DNA from: a virus
Taxonomy: Duplodnaviria; Caudoviricetes
IMG/VR virus record: IMGVR_UViG_3300022719_000136
Coordinates: 1 to 41,119 of that record
Length of the DNA: 41,119 bases
Strand: one strand, 5' to 3'
Below, in pieces: positions 9,975-19,708 of this stretch. The notes beneath the pieces are model-generated. The model was not told the origin of the DNA, ran no database searches, and saw nothing but the letters and a program-made list of their open reading frames with translations. Made by a program: the position numbers and the translations under genes. Position 1 is the stretch's first letter. Every line of letters starts with the position of its first letter.

Positions 9975-10955
9975 ATGTACACATCGATTGGAGATGTCTC
10001 TACCTGGGGACAGCTCGAAGCAGGTTCAAGTGTTTACACAAACCCCGAGCTTTCGGTGAAGAATAGAGTCGTGGCTGCGAAGATGACTGCTCTGGATGAG
10101 CTGGTCGAACCGGCAGACGACTTTCATATTGGCGCTAAGAGTGGTGACAAGGTTTCTGTCCCGATTACCGGGCGGATCGCCTCGCTATCGACCACGCCGC
10201 TGTCAGAAACTAGCCGCGTGCCGCTCGCTGAGCCTCCTCGTCATGAGTTTCAAGCGCAGGTGTTTGAGCGTGGTCTTGGGATCATGATTACTCAGCGTTA
10301 CGAGTCTCTGGATCGGATCGATAACAACGAAACAAACGTGGTTGTTCTTCGGGACCATATGGCCCGGACGCACAATAAGGTAATCAACGATGCTCTGATA
10401 GCTGCTCGTTCCTTTACCTACGTTCCGCTTTCAGCGAGCACGTTTAACTTTGACACTGACGGCACCCCAACCGGGACCGCTAATGCCGCGTTTAGTTTTG
10501 AACACGCGGTCAATCTTAGCGAACGCCTCGTGAGTTTTAACGTGCCTTACGCAGATGGTGAGAACTACATCATGGGGATTAGCCCACGAGCTTACTATGC
10601 CGTCGTTAAGGACACGCGCTTTCAAGAGATTGCGAAGTATCGAGACTCCGGTGGCCAGGGCGTTCTAAACGGCGAAGTCGGCAAGATGGCGAACCTACGG
10701 TTCGTTATCGATAACGATGCGCTAGCAAACGGAATTGGCACAGGCTCAGCTTTCGGCTCTGGCATTGTGGTTGGCGCTGAAGGCTGTAAGGAAGTTGTTG
10801 GTCCTTGGCCTCCTCACTTCCGAGTCAACACGAATTTCGGTGGCGACTTTGGACGCGCATCGGCTATGGCTTGGTTAAGCTTTCAGGGCTATGCGGTTCC
10901 CTGGAATTTCACCGCGCACGGCGACGGGCGTGTGTGCCATTATACAAGTGCCTAG
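9975..10955 (+). CDS. Major capsid protein
   Basis: 326 aa; NGEVGKMANLRF and DFGR...AW motifs resembling N4-gp56-type MCPs; AGGAGGT RBS; follows the scaffold. Confidence 0.88.
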   Translation: MYTSIGDVSTWGQLEAGSSVYTNPELSVKNRVVAAKMTALDELVEPADDFHIGAKSGDKVSVPITGRIASLSTTPLSETSRVPLAEPPRHEFQAQVFERGLGIMITQRYESLDRIDNNETNVVVLRDHMARTHNKVINDALIAARSFTYVPLSASTFNFDTDGTPTGTANAAFSFEHAVNLSERLVSFNVPYADGENYIMGISPRAYYAVVKDTRFQEIAKYRDSGGQGVLNGEVGKMANLRFVIDNDALANGIGTGSAFGSGIVVGAEGCKEVVGPWPPHFRVNTNFGGDFGRASAMAWLSFQGYAVPWNFTAHGDGRVCHYTSA

Positions 10956-11002
10956 TAGAACGCTTAGTAGTGTGATTTGGATAGTAATTAGGAGAAATTA
11001 AA

Positions 11003-11362
11003 ATGAATTATACTGAGATGACCGTGCCTTTGAGCGGGATCGCAAGTGCGCCGTCCGACAATGACGTGCTGGGGTATATGCCCACAGTTGAAGATATTTT
11101 CGTACAGCGCTTGCAGGTTATCGTGGAGACGGCCAGCACGGAATCGACTGCCGCGATTGTGGTCGAGACGGACGAGGCTACGCCGACAGAGATTATTTCT
11201 CTAACAGTCGGTACATCAGCCGCCAAGACACAGCTCACAGCAGTTCCAGCGACGGACGCACTTAAACGAGTGGCTGCCGGAACAGGGATTCGAGTGCGGG
11301 CAGACAATGCGCATACGAATGGGCTTTCGCACTGGCAGCTATATACGAGTTCTCCCAGCTAG
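11003..11362 (+). CDS. Putative capsid decoration/cement protein
   Basis: Beta-rich 119 aa directly after MCP; strong RBS; followed by a terminator. Confidence 0.55.
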   Translation: MNYTEMTVPLSGIASAPSDNDVLGYMPTVEDIFVQRLQVIVETASTESTAAIVVETDEATPTEIISLTVGTSAAKTQLTAVPATDALKRVAAGTGIRVRADNAHTNGLSHWQLYTSSPS

Positions 11363-11417
11363 ATTTTCCTGTTGGTGGTAAGTGGCTACCTGAGCTTCAC
11401 CCAAGAGTCGGGTAGTC

Positions 11418-11443
11418 GGGGGAAGGAAGCTTCCCCCTTTTTT
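11418..11443 (+). terminator. Rho-independent terminator
   Basis: GGGGGAAG-GAAG-CTTCCCCC followed by T6; a second hairpin lies just upstream at about 11385-11416. Confidence 0.9.
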
Positions 11444-11463
11444 GTTCTTAGCGATGAGGGGTT

Positions 11464-12168
11464 ATGGGGTCTACATGGCTTCAATTAAGGCAAGCAGCGC
11501 TGATGATGCTAGACCAGGACCCGAACCTCACTGGGGACGTTGCCGATCAGGTTGACTACTGGCTAGAAGAAACCCACAAGACTTTAACTAGAAAACGAAG
11601 ACCCCGCGCCTTGATAAGAGAGGCCACGCTGGACGTCACAGAGGCATCTAACAGCCCGTTCAGCATTGCGTCCGACTTCGCCGTTACGGACTTCTCGAAA
11701 GAGATGAGCCTGTCGGTCGATGAGGCGTTTGGTGTCACCGGCTCCGAAGCCAGGGAGTGGCGGTTCCTCCAGTATCAAGCGTGGGTCGGGAACAACTCTT
11801 ATTCTCACGGCAATCTGAACCATCCGAGGTCCTGGACGATAACTCCCGATGAGGAGGTTCTTTTGTCATCTTTACCCACGGGAGACCAAACCTGGAGAAT
11901 TTACCTATATTACCTAGCTCCCCCGGCAGCGTTTGTTGAGGGGAATGAGCCTGAGCTGCACGAAGATTACCAACGACTAATAGCGATTGGGGCCGCGCTG
12001 ATGTTTCCACACTTCTTTCAAGGCAACCGCTCTCTCGTGCTCACATCCCTTCGGGGCGAACTATCAAGAGGGATAGACGAGATGCTTAGAGATAGAGGGA
12101 CCGCCAGTAAAGAGTCCACTCTGCACATTAGAGATAACAGACGAACCTACAGAGGGCCGAGGCTATGA
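11464..12168 (+). CDS. Head-tail adaptor (tail tubular A-like)
   Basis: 234 aa at the first post-capsid position; P..W...LP....YYY..P and EPELHEDYQRLIAIGA pattern. Confidence 0.7.
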   Translation: MGSTWLQLRQAALMMLDQDPNLTGDVADQVDYWLEETHKTLTRKRRPRALIREATLDVTEASNSPFSIASDFAVTDFSKEMSLSVDEAFGVTGSEAREWRFLQYQAWVGNNSYSHGNLNHPRSWTITPDEEVLLSSLPTGDQTWRIYLYYLAPPAAFVEGNEPELHEDYQRLIAIGAALMFPHFFQGNRSLVLTSLRGELSRGIDEMLRDRGTASKESTLHIRDNRRTYRGPRL

Positions 12169-13124
12169 CCGCAACAGCTCCTATTCAGCCAGCCGGTGGG
12201 ATAAACCACACGAAGACTTCTTACTGGTCTCCACTTGGCAGCGATGATTTTTTGAAGTTTTATGACGACGTTCCCGCAACGGGGAACTTATTTTTTGAGG
12301 TTGACGCTGCCAACTTACAGATCAAAGCTGACACGATAGCCGAAGTCACAGCAGCCAACGGGGTCGTTGTCGACGGGGCTACCCTTAAGGATGGCCAGTT
12401 TATCGGCGCGTTCCCGAGTCGGACCGGCCTTGATGCCAATACGGTTGCCGGCCTGACGGATTCTGTCTTTACCTTTGCCAACACAGCCAACAGAACTCTA
12501 ACTCTCCCCGATCCCGCGACCGTAGCGGGTAAGATTTTTTACGTAGCCAAGACAACGGCTAACAATAACGAAGTGGCCATTAGCCCGGACGCCGGTTTGA
12601 TTGTCGGGAACCACAACTCCACGCTCTACATGCAGGGCGACTCAATTATCTTCTTTTCCGATGGGACTAACTATCAGACAATCGGCGACACGCTAATGCC
12701 GCACGTTTGCCAAATAGTCAGTGGTAGCGGTAGCACTGTGTCATACGCACCGGGGAATTCAAACATTCAGTTTGACCAGGTGTCTTCAAGCAATAATGCA
12801 GGGCTAGATGACGTGGCCAACGATAGAATATTAATTAAGCGCCCTGGTGATTATTTTATCTACGGCTACATTGCTCTAGTTAGCGATATTGATGACACTG
12901 AAAATGTGCAGATCCAACTGAAAGACAACGCAGCCGGTATTGCTACTGGCACTGATTTCTCACCTGCAAATAATAAGACTATTGGTGTTCAGGCTTCAAC
13001 GATTAAAAATTTAGCAGTAGGCCGCGCAATTACAGCTTCGGTTAGTCATAATCACGGATCTAACGTGGACGAGGCGACCGGCGAAGAATCGAGGGCTAGG
13101 TTGATAGTCAAGGAAGTCAGATAG
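12165..13124 (+). CDS. Tail fibre/spike-like protein with C1q-like C-terminal domain
   Basis: TLTLP...GKIFYV..SDGTNY fibre module; F......ILIKRPGDYFI C1q/TNF-like pattern. Confidence 0.6.
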   Translation: MTATAPIQPAGGINHTKTSYWSPLGSDDFLKFYDDVPATGNLFFEVDAANLQIKADTIAEVTAANGVVVDGATLKDGQFIGAFPSRTGLDANTVAGLTDSVFTFANTANRTLTLPDPATVAGKIFYVAKTTANNNEVAISPDAGLIVGNHNSTLYMQGDSIIFFSDGTNYQTIGDTLMPHVCQIVSGSGSTVSYAPGNSNIQFDQVSSSNNAGLDDVANDRILIKRPGDYFIYGYIALVSDIDDTENVQIQLKDNAAGIATGTDFSPANNKTIGVQASTIKNLAVGRAITASVSHNHGSNVDEATGEESRARLIVKEVR

Positions 13125-13125
13125 T

Positions 13126-13473
13126 GTGTGGCTAGCGATGAGAGAATCCGAACTCACCACCAGGCTCAACATAGAACTGTGTGTTGATGAGATATCGGCG
13201 GTCACAAAGAGCGAGCCGTTGGATGCGAGACAGCGTATCGTTGACTACGTTATTAAGAAGATCGGCGAGAGAGAGCTTACGGCAAAGGACATTATGGAAC
13301 TTGCACGAGCCCTGAAGAGCATGGTGGTTAGAGACGAGCCGGTCGTCTCGGTTATCGCCCACCACTTAATACACGGCGCTCTACAGGAAGAAATGTATAC
13401 TGCCAAGGAAGCGATTATTGCAGGCCCGGTCCTAGAAATGTTTGAGGAGGCTAAGAAAGATGAACATCAATAA
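13126..13473 (+). CDS. Hypothetical protein
   Basis: ORF tiling in the structural operon. Confidence 0.6.
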   Translation: MWLAMRESELTTRLNIELCVDEISAVTKSEPLDARQRIVDYVIKKIGERELTAKDIMELARALKSMVVRDEPVVSVIAHHLIHGALQEEMYTAKEAIIAGPVLEMFEEAKKDEHQ

Positions 13474-13813
13474 CAAATTCCCCACGCTGGTAACTATCGG
13501 CGCTGACGACCTCAGTGAGTCGAGCTGGACCCTGGTTCACACCTGCGTCGGCTCACTTCAGACGCTAAAGGTATTCAACAAAAGCGATACGACCATCCTG
13601 CTCGGCTGGGGTGTTGGGGAAGCGGACCCAACGGAGGCATCTGATTTCTGCCCGTCCGCTACCGATGGGGTTGGTTTCTTAGAATCGTATGACGACAAGT
13701 TTCTTGGGCACTCGGGCGCGTTCTTCCAGTCCGAGCCAATTAAGCTTTACGCAATGCTAGAAGCAGCAACGGCCAGTGAGGATCTGGTTTATATAAGGGT
13801 GCTTGAGGCGTAA
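13460..13813 (+). CDS. Hypothetical, possibly virion protein
   Basis: GAGGAGG RBS before ATG at 13460; beta-rich. Confidence 0.65.
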   Translation: MNINNKFPTLVTIGADDLSESSWTLVHTCVGSLQTLKVFNKSDTTILLGWGVGEADPTEASDFCPSATDGVGFLESYDDKFLGHSGAFFQSEPIKLYAMLEAATASEDLVYIRVLEA

Positions 13814-13840
13814 AACCAGAGATGAGAGGAGGCAGTTACT

Positions 13841-14395
13841 GTGCAGTTATTTCCACCGCAAACAAGGCAGCCGCCTCTAATAATGCGTCCGTTTATTTCT
13901 GGCCGCTATTACGACACGTCTCTACTTACTCAGCCGCCTACAACAAAAAGCACAAACGCCTCGTTCGCTGAGGCGTATCCCTTCTGGGTAGCTACCCCCG
14001 CAGAAATAGACCTAATTGGCCTTGAGGTGCTCAGCGGGACTGGCGGGGGGGAAGCCCAGCTCGGAGCCTACAACACCCTGACTACCGGCCTCCCTGGGGA
14101 TCGCCTGTTTGCGACAAGTAAGCTTGACTGTAGCGCAACAGGCTTCAAGTCAGAGGCCCTATCCTATACGTTTCTACCGGGGGTTTTATACTGGATAGCC
14201 GTCCACACGAACGCTTCCTTTAGTGTTCGCGCAGTTCTATCGACCGTGAACATCGGTCTGACCAGCGGAAGCGGCTCTGTCTACGGCACGCTCGTATCTG
14301 ACGGAACTTCTCCGACAGAGCTAGAGGACCCGTTCGATGTGAACGGAGGGGTTAGTGGCGGTTCCCATATCGCGGTGCGTATGAGGATTGCCTAA
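13841..14395 (+). CDS. Putative virion protein (beta-sandwich)
   Basis: GAGGAGG RBS; LGAY.....LPG..L and G.LYWIA pattern seen in tail-associated proteins. Confidence 0.6.
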   Translation: MQLFPPQTRQPPLIMRPFISGRYYDTSLLTQPPTTKSTNASFAEAYPFWVATPAEIDLIGLEVLSGTGGGEAQLGAYNTLTTGLPGDRLFATSKLDCSATGFKSEALSYTFLPGVLYWIAVHTNASFSVRAVLSTVNIGLTSGSGSVYGTLVSDGTSPTELEDPFDVNGGVSGGSHIAVRMRIA

Positions 14396-15009
14396 TGAAC
14401 GACTACGTTGACGCGGGAGAGACGCTGCCGATTTTCGTTTCCCAAATGGTAGATGCGGTAGGCGATCCCGTCACTGGACTTACGGTAAGCCTTGCTCTGT
14501 ATCGAGTAGGCGCAGGGCAGTACTGGAACGGCACCATCTGGACCACCTATTCTTCGGTGAACATGATCGAAACCGACTCGACGAACCTTCCGGGGCATTA
14601 TCACTATAATTTTATCCCGGCGGCAGGAACGGAAGATTACGTTCTCGTCTCGGTGGTTGGGGCTACCGGCGGGACTCCCGTAAATACTAGCCAGTCTGGA
14701 GTTGTTGTGGTTGGCGTGACTTGGGATGCCTTCGCTACGGAAGCCGAAGTATTCACCAGGGCAAGCTTTTCTCAACTAACCGGAGCCCTCGGCGAAATTA
14801 AAGGCACTGGGTTTTCTACACCAGGTGATACCCTTGAGGGAATCAGGAACGCGGTGGACGCGGCCAGCGGGCTCGACGTGCTGAAAGTTGAAGTTACTCA
14901 ATCCGCAGAGCTTAGATCAAAGCTTACCTTACTGGAAGACGAACTTCGCAGGGTCCGGCTCTTAGTCGAAATCCTCAGTCGAAACCTTCCTGGGACACGG
15001 AGGTCTTAG
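14395..15009 (+). CDS. Putative virion protein
   Basis: TAATG coupling; Ig-like N-terminus and coiled-coil C-terminus. Confidence 0.6.
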   Translation: MNDYVDAGETLPIFVSQMVDAVGDPVTGLTVSLALYRVGAGQYWNGTIWTTYSSVNMIETDSTNLPGHYHYNFIPAAGTEDYVLVSVVGATGGTPVNTSQSGVVVVGVTWDAFATEAEVFTRASFSQLTGALGEIKGTGFSTPGDTLEGIRNAVDAASGLDVLKVEVTQSAELRSKLTLLEDELRRVRLLVEILSRNLPGTRRS

Positions 15010-15011
15010 CG

Positions 15012-16403
15012 TTGGAAGAAAGGATCTACTCACAGTTCACGGCACAGAACCTAAGCATAGACGAGATTGATGCCGAGCAAGTGTCGTTCCGGCTGCTAAA
15101 CAATCTTGTTTTTAACCGCATCTTTGGAGGCTTTCTTCAGCGAGGCGGGAGCCACGTCTGGGAGATCGAAGGGGACATCTGGGGAATCGACAGCTTCTCC
15201 AAGACGGTCAGTGGACAGCTAAAGATTCCGGTCGTTGCTATCCCCGTTAGGCATCGCTTTTCTTCGTCCACGAGCTTCTTCGAGAAGTTAAACTGGAGCA
15301 CTCTTAACTGGGACTCCATTACGCTAGGGGCCAATACATCTCCGGGCACAGACTCCTTAACCAGCTTCGCGCAAATCGATCAAACAATGGTCGCGGCCTG
15401 CGGCGTGGTGATGAAGATTCAGGATATAGACTCTGGAAGCTTTACCAGGCTGGGAGGACCGGCCCCGACAACTGCGCCAGGCAGCTCGCTATCGGCGGGA
15501 GCCCTTACTGGCGACTTTGTTTATTACTACACGTTTTACGACTCTACGACCGCATGGGAATCGAGCCCTTCTCCCTTTACGGACATTATTTCACCAAGCT
15601 CAGAAGACGTTCAGCTCACGGGATTTGAGACGACCGTAGCCAGGGAGGGGGTTGATAAGAAACGAATCTACAGAACCGTACAGACGGCAGAGAACCCACC
15701 GCTGTTCTTGGCGGAGATTCCACTCGCGCAAACCACATACGATGACGATGCGAGTGACGACAGCCTCGGGCTCCCCGGCCCGGACATCGGAGATCACGAT
15801 CCTCCACCGAATAGCTACCTAATGGAAGCGCATCAAAATCGCTTCTGGATAGCTGACCCTGTGACGAACAAGCTTTACTATTCCCTTTCTTACGATGGGA
15901 ACCCGACGGTCCTGGAGTATTTCTCTGAAAGTAGATTCTTCGCGTTTAACAATCGGATCACTGGCCTTCGTAGCTGGCAAGGGCGCTTGCTTGTTTTTAC
16001 GCCACCAGGCTTTGGGATATTCGAGATAGTTGGGTCGTCTGTAAGTGAGTTTGAGGTTCGAGAGTTCCTACCTGATGAAGGCACGAGCTTTCCTTCGTCG
16101 GTGGCGGTTCAAGACAGGAGCCTGACCTACTGGGGGGCTGCCGGACCCGTGCTGGTTGACCCGGCTGGTGTTAATATTAAGTTCGACCGCGCTATCTCGG
16201 AACAGCTCCGCCCGATCCTTACCGATGACTACAACGCAAACGTCTTCATCAGCGCGGTCTGGCATCCCGGCCTTGAGCAGTTTCTCTTTTTCGTAACGGG
16301 CGCAAAGACCGACGCTGCCCAGTGGGTGTTTACCGGTACCACGCTTGTTGGCCGGTGGATCGACTCCGACACGAGCGCAACGGCCCCGTGGGAGAGTAGT
16401 TGA
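15012..16403 (+). CDS. Tail nozzle (tubular B/stabilisation-like), N-terminal part
   Basis: Beta-propeller-like HQNRFW...LYYS...P and ITGL..W.GRLLVF; ESSPS and KRIYRT motifs; AGGAGGT-like RBS with TTG start. Confidence 0.65.
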   Translation: MEERIYSQFTAQNLSIDEIDAEQVSFRLLNNLVFNRIFGGFLQRGGSHVWEIEGDIWGIDSFSKTVSGQLKIPVVAIPVRHRFSSSTSFFEKLNWSTLNWDSITLGANTSPGTDSLTSFAQIDQTMVAACGVVMKIQDIDSGSFTRLGGPAPTTAPGSSLSAGALTGDFVYYYTFYDSTTAWESSPSPFTDIISPSSEDVQLTGFETTVAREGVDKKRIYRTVQTAENPPLFLAEIPLAQTTYDDDASDDSLGLPGPDIGDHDPPPNSYLMEAHQNRFWIADPVTNKLYYSLSYDGNPTVLEYFSESRFFAFNNRITGLRSWQGRLLVFTPPGFGIFEIVGSSVSEFEVREFLPDEGTSFPSSVAVQDRSLTYWGAAGPVLVDPAGVNIKFDRAISEQLRPILTDDYNANVFISAVWHPGLEQFLFFVTGAKTDAAQWVFTGTTLVGRWIDSDTSATAPWESS

Positions 16404-16990
16404 TGGCCTCGCTTACGAGACAGATAGTTTTCGCAATCGACCCGGAGCAGGGGTTTGCCGGTACGTATAGCTGGGTCGACGTTCCAGACCTTAACGCTGA
16501 CGAGAAGGGCATAACCGCTGTGCATGTCCCTCCGACTAAGACGGCGAACATCAACCCGATGCAGGAAACGGTCTTTATCGGGACGATGGGGGTTGGGAAG
16601 ATGTTCCAATCGTTTAGAGACGATCTCTCTCAGGACGGAGAAGAGGACGTAAACTACGAAGCCATAACCAATCGGCTTGACCCCTCTCTTGTCTCAGACG
16701 GAAGAAGGACTGCTCACACGGGGAGCAAGCGGCTTCTTCAGTTGGAGTTTCCATCGCTCGACTCAGCGGAGGAAGGCGCAACTATTGAGTATGCGCTTGA
16801 TACGTTATCACCCACGGAAGGAGCCACATGGCTTATACTTTTGGGCGGCGCTGGAGAGCGCCGTTCCTTCAGAAGCGCACTGTGTCGCTGGTTTCATCTT
16901 AGGATTTCAGGCAAAAACGCCAATCCTGCTACTCTGCTGCTGAGCGCGTTTAAGGTAATTTATTACGACCTGGAAATACCAGGAGACTAA
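16400..16990 (+). CDS. Probable C-terminal part of nozzle, encoded separately
   Basis: Overlaps the upstream stop; ends with RWFHLRISG..LLLSAFKVIY typical of nozzle C-termini. Confidence 0.5.
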   Translation: MMASLTRQIVFAIDPEQGFAGTYSWVDVPDLNADEKGITAVHVPPTKTANINPMQETVFIGTMGVGKMFQSFRDDLSQDGEEDVNYEAITNRLDPSLVSDGRRTAHTGSKRLLQLEFPSLDSAEEGATIEYALDTLSPTEGATWLILLGGAGERRSFRSALCRWFHLRISGKNANPATLLLSAFKVIYYDLEIPGD

Positions 16991-17002
16991 GAGGAAGAGG
17001 TT

Positions 17003-17596
17003 ATGCCGCCTAATCAACAACCAGTATTTGACCCCGGCTTCTTTACCCAAGCAGGGTCTATCTTCCAGCAAGCCGCTCAGAACGCTCTGCCGTCGCAGGC
17101 ATCTCAGGACAATGCCGCCGCTCGTGTGCGGGCTAGACTTGAAGCGCGAAACAGGGATAGCGCTAGACAAATCCGGGATCAGTTCGGCGGCTTCCGTGCA
17201 AACACCGGAGCTTTTCAGAACGCACTCGCGCAGAACCGAGCAGCCGGACAGGGCGCGATTGCCCAGGGGCTCTCTGACCTGGAGGCTGACTTTGCTCAGC
17301 GTAGACAACAAGGAGCTCAGATTCTTCAGGGCATTGGCTCAGGACTTACCGGCCTCGGTACGGGCGCAAACGAAGCCAGGCAGTCCGGGCAGGAAATAGC
17401 GAACCGCTTTAACCTCGGCCAAGGAGAGATAGACCTAAGAAAGCTACTTGGCGAGAGAGAGCTTGATAACTCTAGGCAGGCAAACTTTATAGATTTCCTC
17501 AATACGATTGGGCAGGTCGGCAACACCACCGGAAGGGTCGGAGGCGACATTCAATCGGTAATTCAGCAGATCATCGCCCAGTTCCAGGGAGGCTAA
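17003..17596 (+). CDS. Internal virion/ejection protein
   Basis: Ala/Gln/Gly-rich helical protein after the nozzle. Confidence 0.6.
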   Translation: MPPNQQPVFDPGFFTQAGSIFQQAAQNALPSQASQDNAAARVRARLEARNRDSARQIRDQFGGFRANTGAFQNALAQNRAAGQGAIAQGLSDLEADFAQRRQQGAQILQGIGSGLTGLGTGANEARQSGQEIANRFNLGQGEIDLRKLLGERELDNSRQANFIDFLNTIGQVGNTTGRVGGDIQSVIQQIIAQFQGG

Positions 17597-17599
17597 CAG

Positions 17600-18031
17600 G
17601 TGAGTCGAATTACTCCACAGAACCTGGCCTTGATTAACCTCGGGCTAGAGCAGGGGCTTCAGCCGCAGGAGGCGCAGCGCTCCGGAACCCCGAAGTCCCT
17701 ACAGACCCTTGCGCCCAACCCAGGGGTGGAGAGCCTGCTGGAGACACTCCTCTCCCAAGAGCGACCAAGCTTTCTAGATTTTCAAGGTATTGGAGGCGGC
17801 TCCTCTAATCTGCCTCGCTTCGGCGGGGGCGGCGGGGGCCTTGGTTCCCGCGACATCATGAGCCTTATCCAAGAAGGCACGGGCGCTGGCCCAGGACTCC
17901 CGCGAAGGAGAGTCGGGGGGCCAAACTTCACCCTTCCAGGTGGTGGGTTCACAGAAGAAAACAGAAGCCTCTTCCCTGAGCTAACAGATGAAGAGTTTGC
18001 GAATCTGATTGGAATAGGAGGCGGAGAGTAG
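17600..18031 (+). CDS. Gly-rich hypothetical protein (ejection module)
   Basis: GGAGG RBS with GTG start; tiling. Confidence 0.6.
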   Translation: MSRITPQNLALINLGLEQGLQPQEAQRSGTPKSLQTLAPNPGVESLLETLLSQERPSFLDFQGIGGGSSNLPRFGGGGGGLGSRDIMSLIQEGTGAGPGLPRRRVGGPNFTLPGGGFTEENRSLFPELTDEEFANLIGIGGGE

Positions 18032-18715
18032 ATGGCATCCAACGAAGAATCCGAAAAGCTCCAGGATCGTCGGCGAAGAGGCTTGTCGGTTGCAGCTCAG
18101 GCGAACGAGCAGGCGCGACTCGACAGAAGGGCAAAGGAGGGGGAAGTAACGATCATACCTCCGCAGTCTGGTAGTTTTGGCCCCGGCAGCACCTTTCTTG
18201 ACCTTATTGAAGACAACCCACTGGCGAAGGCAGCAGCGCTTAAGGCGCTCTCGGATCGCAGGTTCGGAAATCCCATTCCGGGGCAAAGAGAAGCCGCCAT
18301 CTCTATTCTGAACCAGTTTGCTGCGGCGCGTAAGCAAGCCAGGGAAGCTGGCAAGACGCGGAGAGGCCCATCCAGGGTTGGCGGCAGCGTGGCCATATCG
18401 GACGTAGCTGGAGAGGTTCTATCCAGGGCGAAGAAGCAGCGAGAGGCTGCTGAGCGCCGACGGGAGGGCGACAGGGATTTTGACCAACGACTGAACCAGA
18501 GGGCCAGACTAGCCGCGCAGAAGCGCAAAGAGCTACTCGATGCCCTGAGTATCCTCGGGAGACAGGGGGCCTTCTCAGAAACGGAAGTGGTCAACGACGA
18601 ACAAATTTTCGATAGCGCCGGGGCAGCCCAGAAGGTTCCGGTAAGAAGAACGACCGAGCGAAACAACCCTGATGTTTTTGTTGAACTCGTTAGACAATTT
18701 CTAGGAGGATTCTAG
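18032..18715 (+). CDS. Putative ejection-module protein
   Basis: Abuts the previous stop; charged helical. Confidence 0.6.
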   Translation: MASNEESEKLQDRRRRGLSVAAQANEQARLDRRAKEGEVTIIPPQSGSFGPGSTFLDLIEDNPLAKAAALKALSDRRFGNPIPGQREAAISILNQFAAARKQAREAGKTRRGPSRVGGSVAISDVAGEVLSRAKKQREAAERRREGDRDFDQRLNQRARLAAQKRKELLDALSILGRQGAFSETEVVNDEQIFDSAGAAQKVPVRRTTERNNPDVFVELVRQFLGGF

Positions 18716-18718
18716 TCC

Positions 18719-19705
18719 GTGCCAACAGAAGAAGAAAAGGAAGCCATTATAGAGGCCCTGTCGGGGTCGGCGGCGTTTGGCGACTCCTCACTCCCGATTG
18801 AAGACCGTTTCAACAGGCTGGCCAGGTTTCTAAGCCCTACTCTGGTAGCCAACAAGACTCGCGAAGCAATCAGCTCCGCTGGTAGTCAAGCTTCCGAGAT
18901 TCTTTCCGAGCTACTGAATCAGCCGAACCGAGGAGGAAGATTCACCGGAACAGAAATCAGCTCCGCTGGTAGTCAACCGATTAAGGAGGCCCTGGCTCAG
19001 AACATTGATGTTCAAGTAGAGCGTGAAGTAGACGAATTGGCCGCCAGGGACCGAGCAAAGGAAGCCCGAGAGGGGCTCATCACCCTTGATCGCATTAGAG
19101 CCGCGCTGGAGGCCCAGGATACGGGCTCAGCGGAACGAATCCTAAGACTAGGCCCTGACACCGAGCTGGACGAGAACGTGGGACGGGGACGATTCTCGCG
19201 CTTCTCACAAGACCTCATAGATGAGCGGCTCGGCGTGCCAGATAAGGTGAGTGAGCGGGAGCTTTTCGATCTTCAGCGGCAGGAGTTGGCTACGAAGGTG
19301 CTTGACACCGGAACCGCCTCTCTTGACTTCGCAGATGCCCTTGCTGCCCAACTGAGCCAACCGTCAAATAGGCAGGTGCCGGAACAGGGCGAGGACAGCC
19401 TGGAGAGGCTGGCCGACCGTTTCGACGAAAGCCTCGGTATCGAAGACCCCCGCGATAAGCTCAGGCGGCTCTTTGAGACAGTGGCCGACGGGAGCTTCGA
19501 GGAGAGAGATCTCCGGGACTTGATAAAAGCCATCAGGGGAGGAGTGCTAGGGAAAGGACAACAAAACGAAGAAAGGCTTGATGCCCTAGAGGAGCTGTTG
19601 GAGCAGTTTGAGCCGAGCTTCAAAGAGCGGTTCGTTAATATCCTGCGGGCTACTATTCCAGGATTGAACATTATCCCAGGTTTCGAGACTCCTCAGGGAG
19701 GCTAA
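18719..19705 (+). CDS. Putative ejection-module protein
   Basis: AGGAGG RBS; 328-aa helical protein. Confidence 0.6.
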   Translation: MPTEEEKEAIIEALSGSAAFGDSSLPIEDRFNRLARFLSPTLVANKTREAISSAGSQASEILSELLNQPNRGGRFTGTEISSAGSQPIKEALAQNIDVQVEREVDELAARDRAKEAREGLITLDRIRAALEAQDTGSAERILRLGPDTELDENVGRGRFSRFSQDLIDERLGVPDKVSERELFDLQRQELATKVLDTGTASLDFADALAAQLSQPSNRQVPEQGEDSLERLADRFDESLGIEDPRDKLRRLFETVADGSFEERDLRDLIKAIRGGVLGKGQQNEERLDALEELLEQFEPSFKERFVNILRATIPGLNIIPGFETPQGG

Positions 19706-19708
19706 CTT

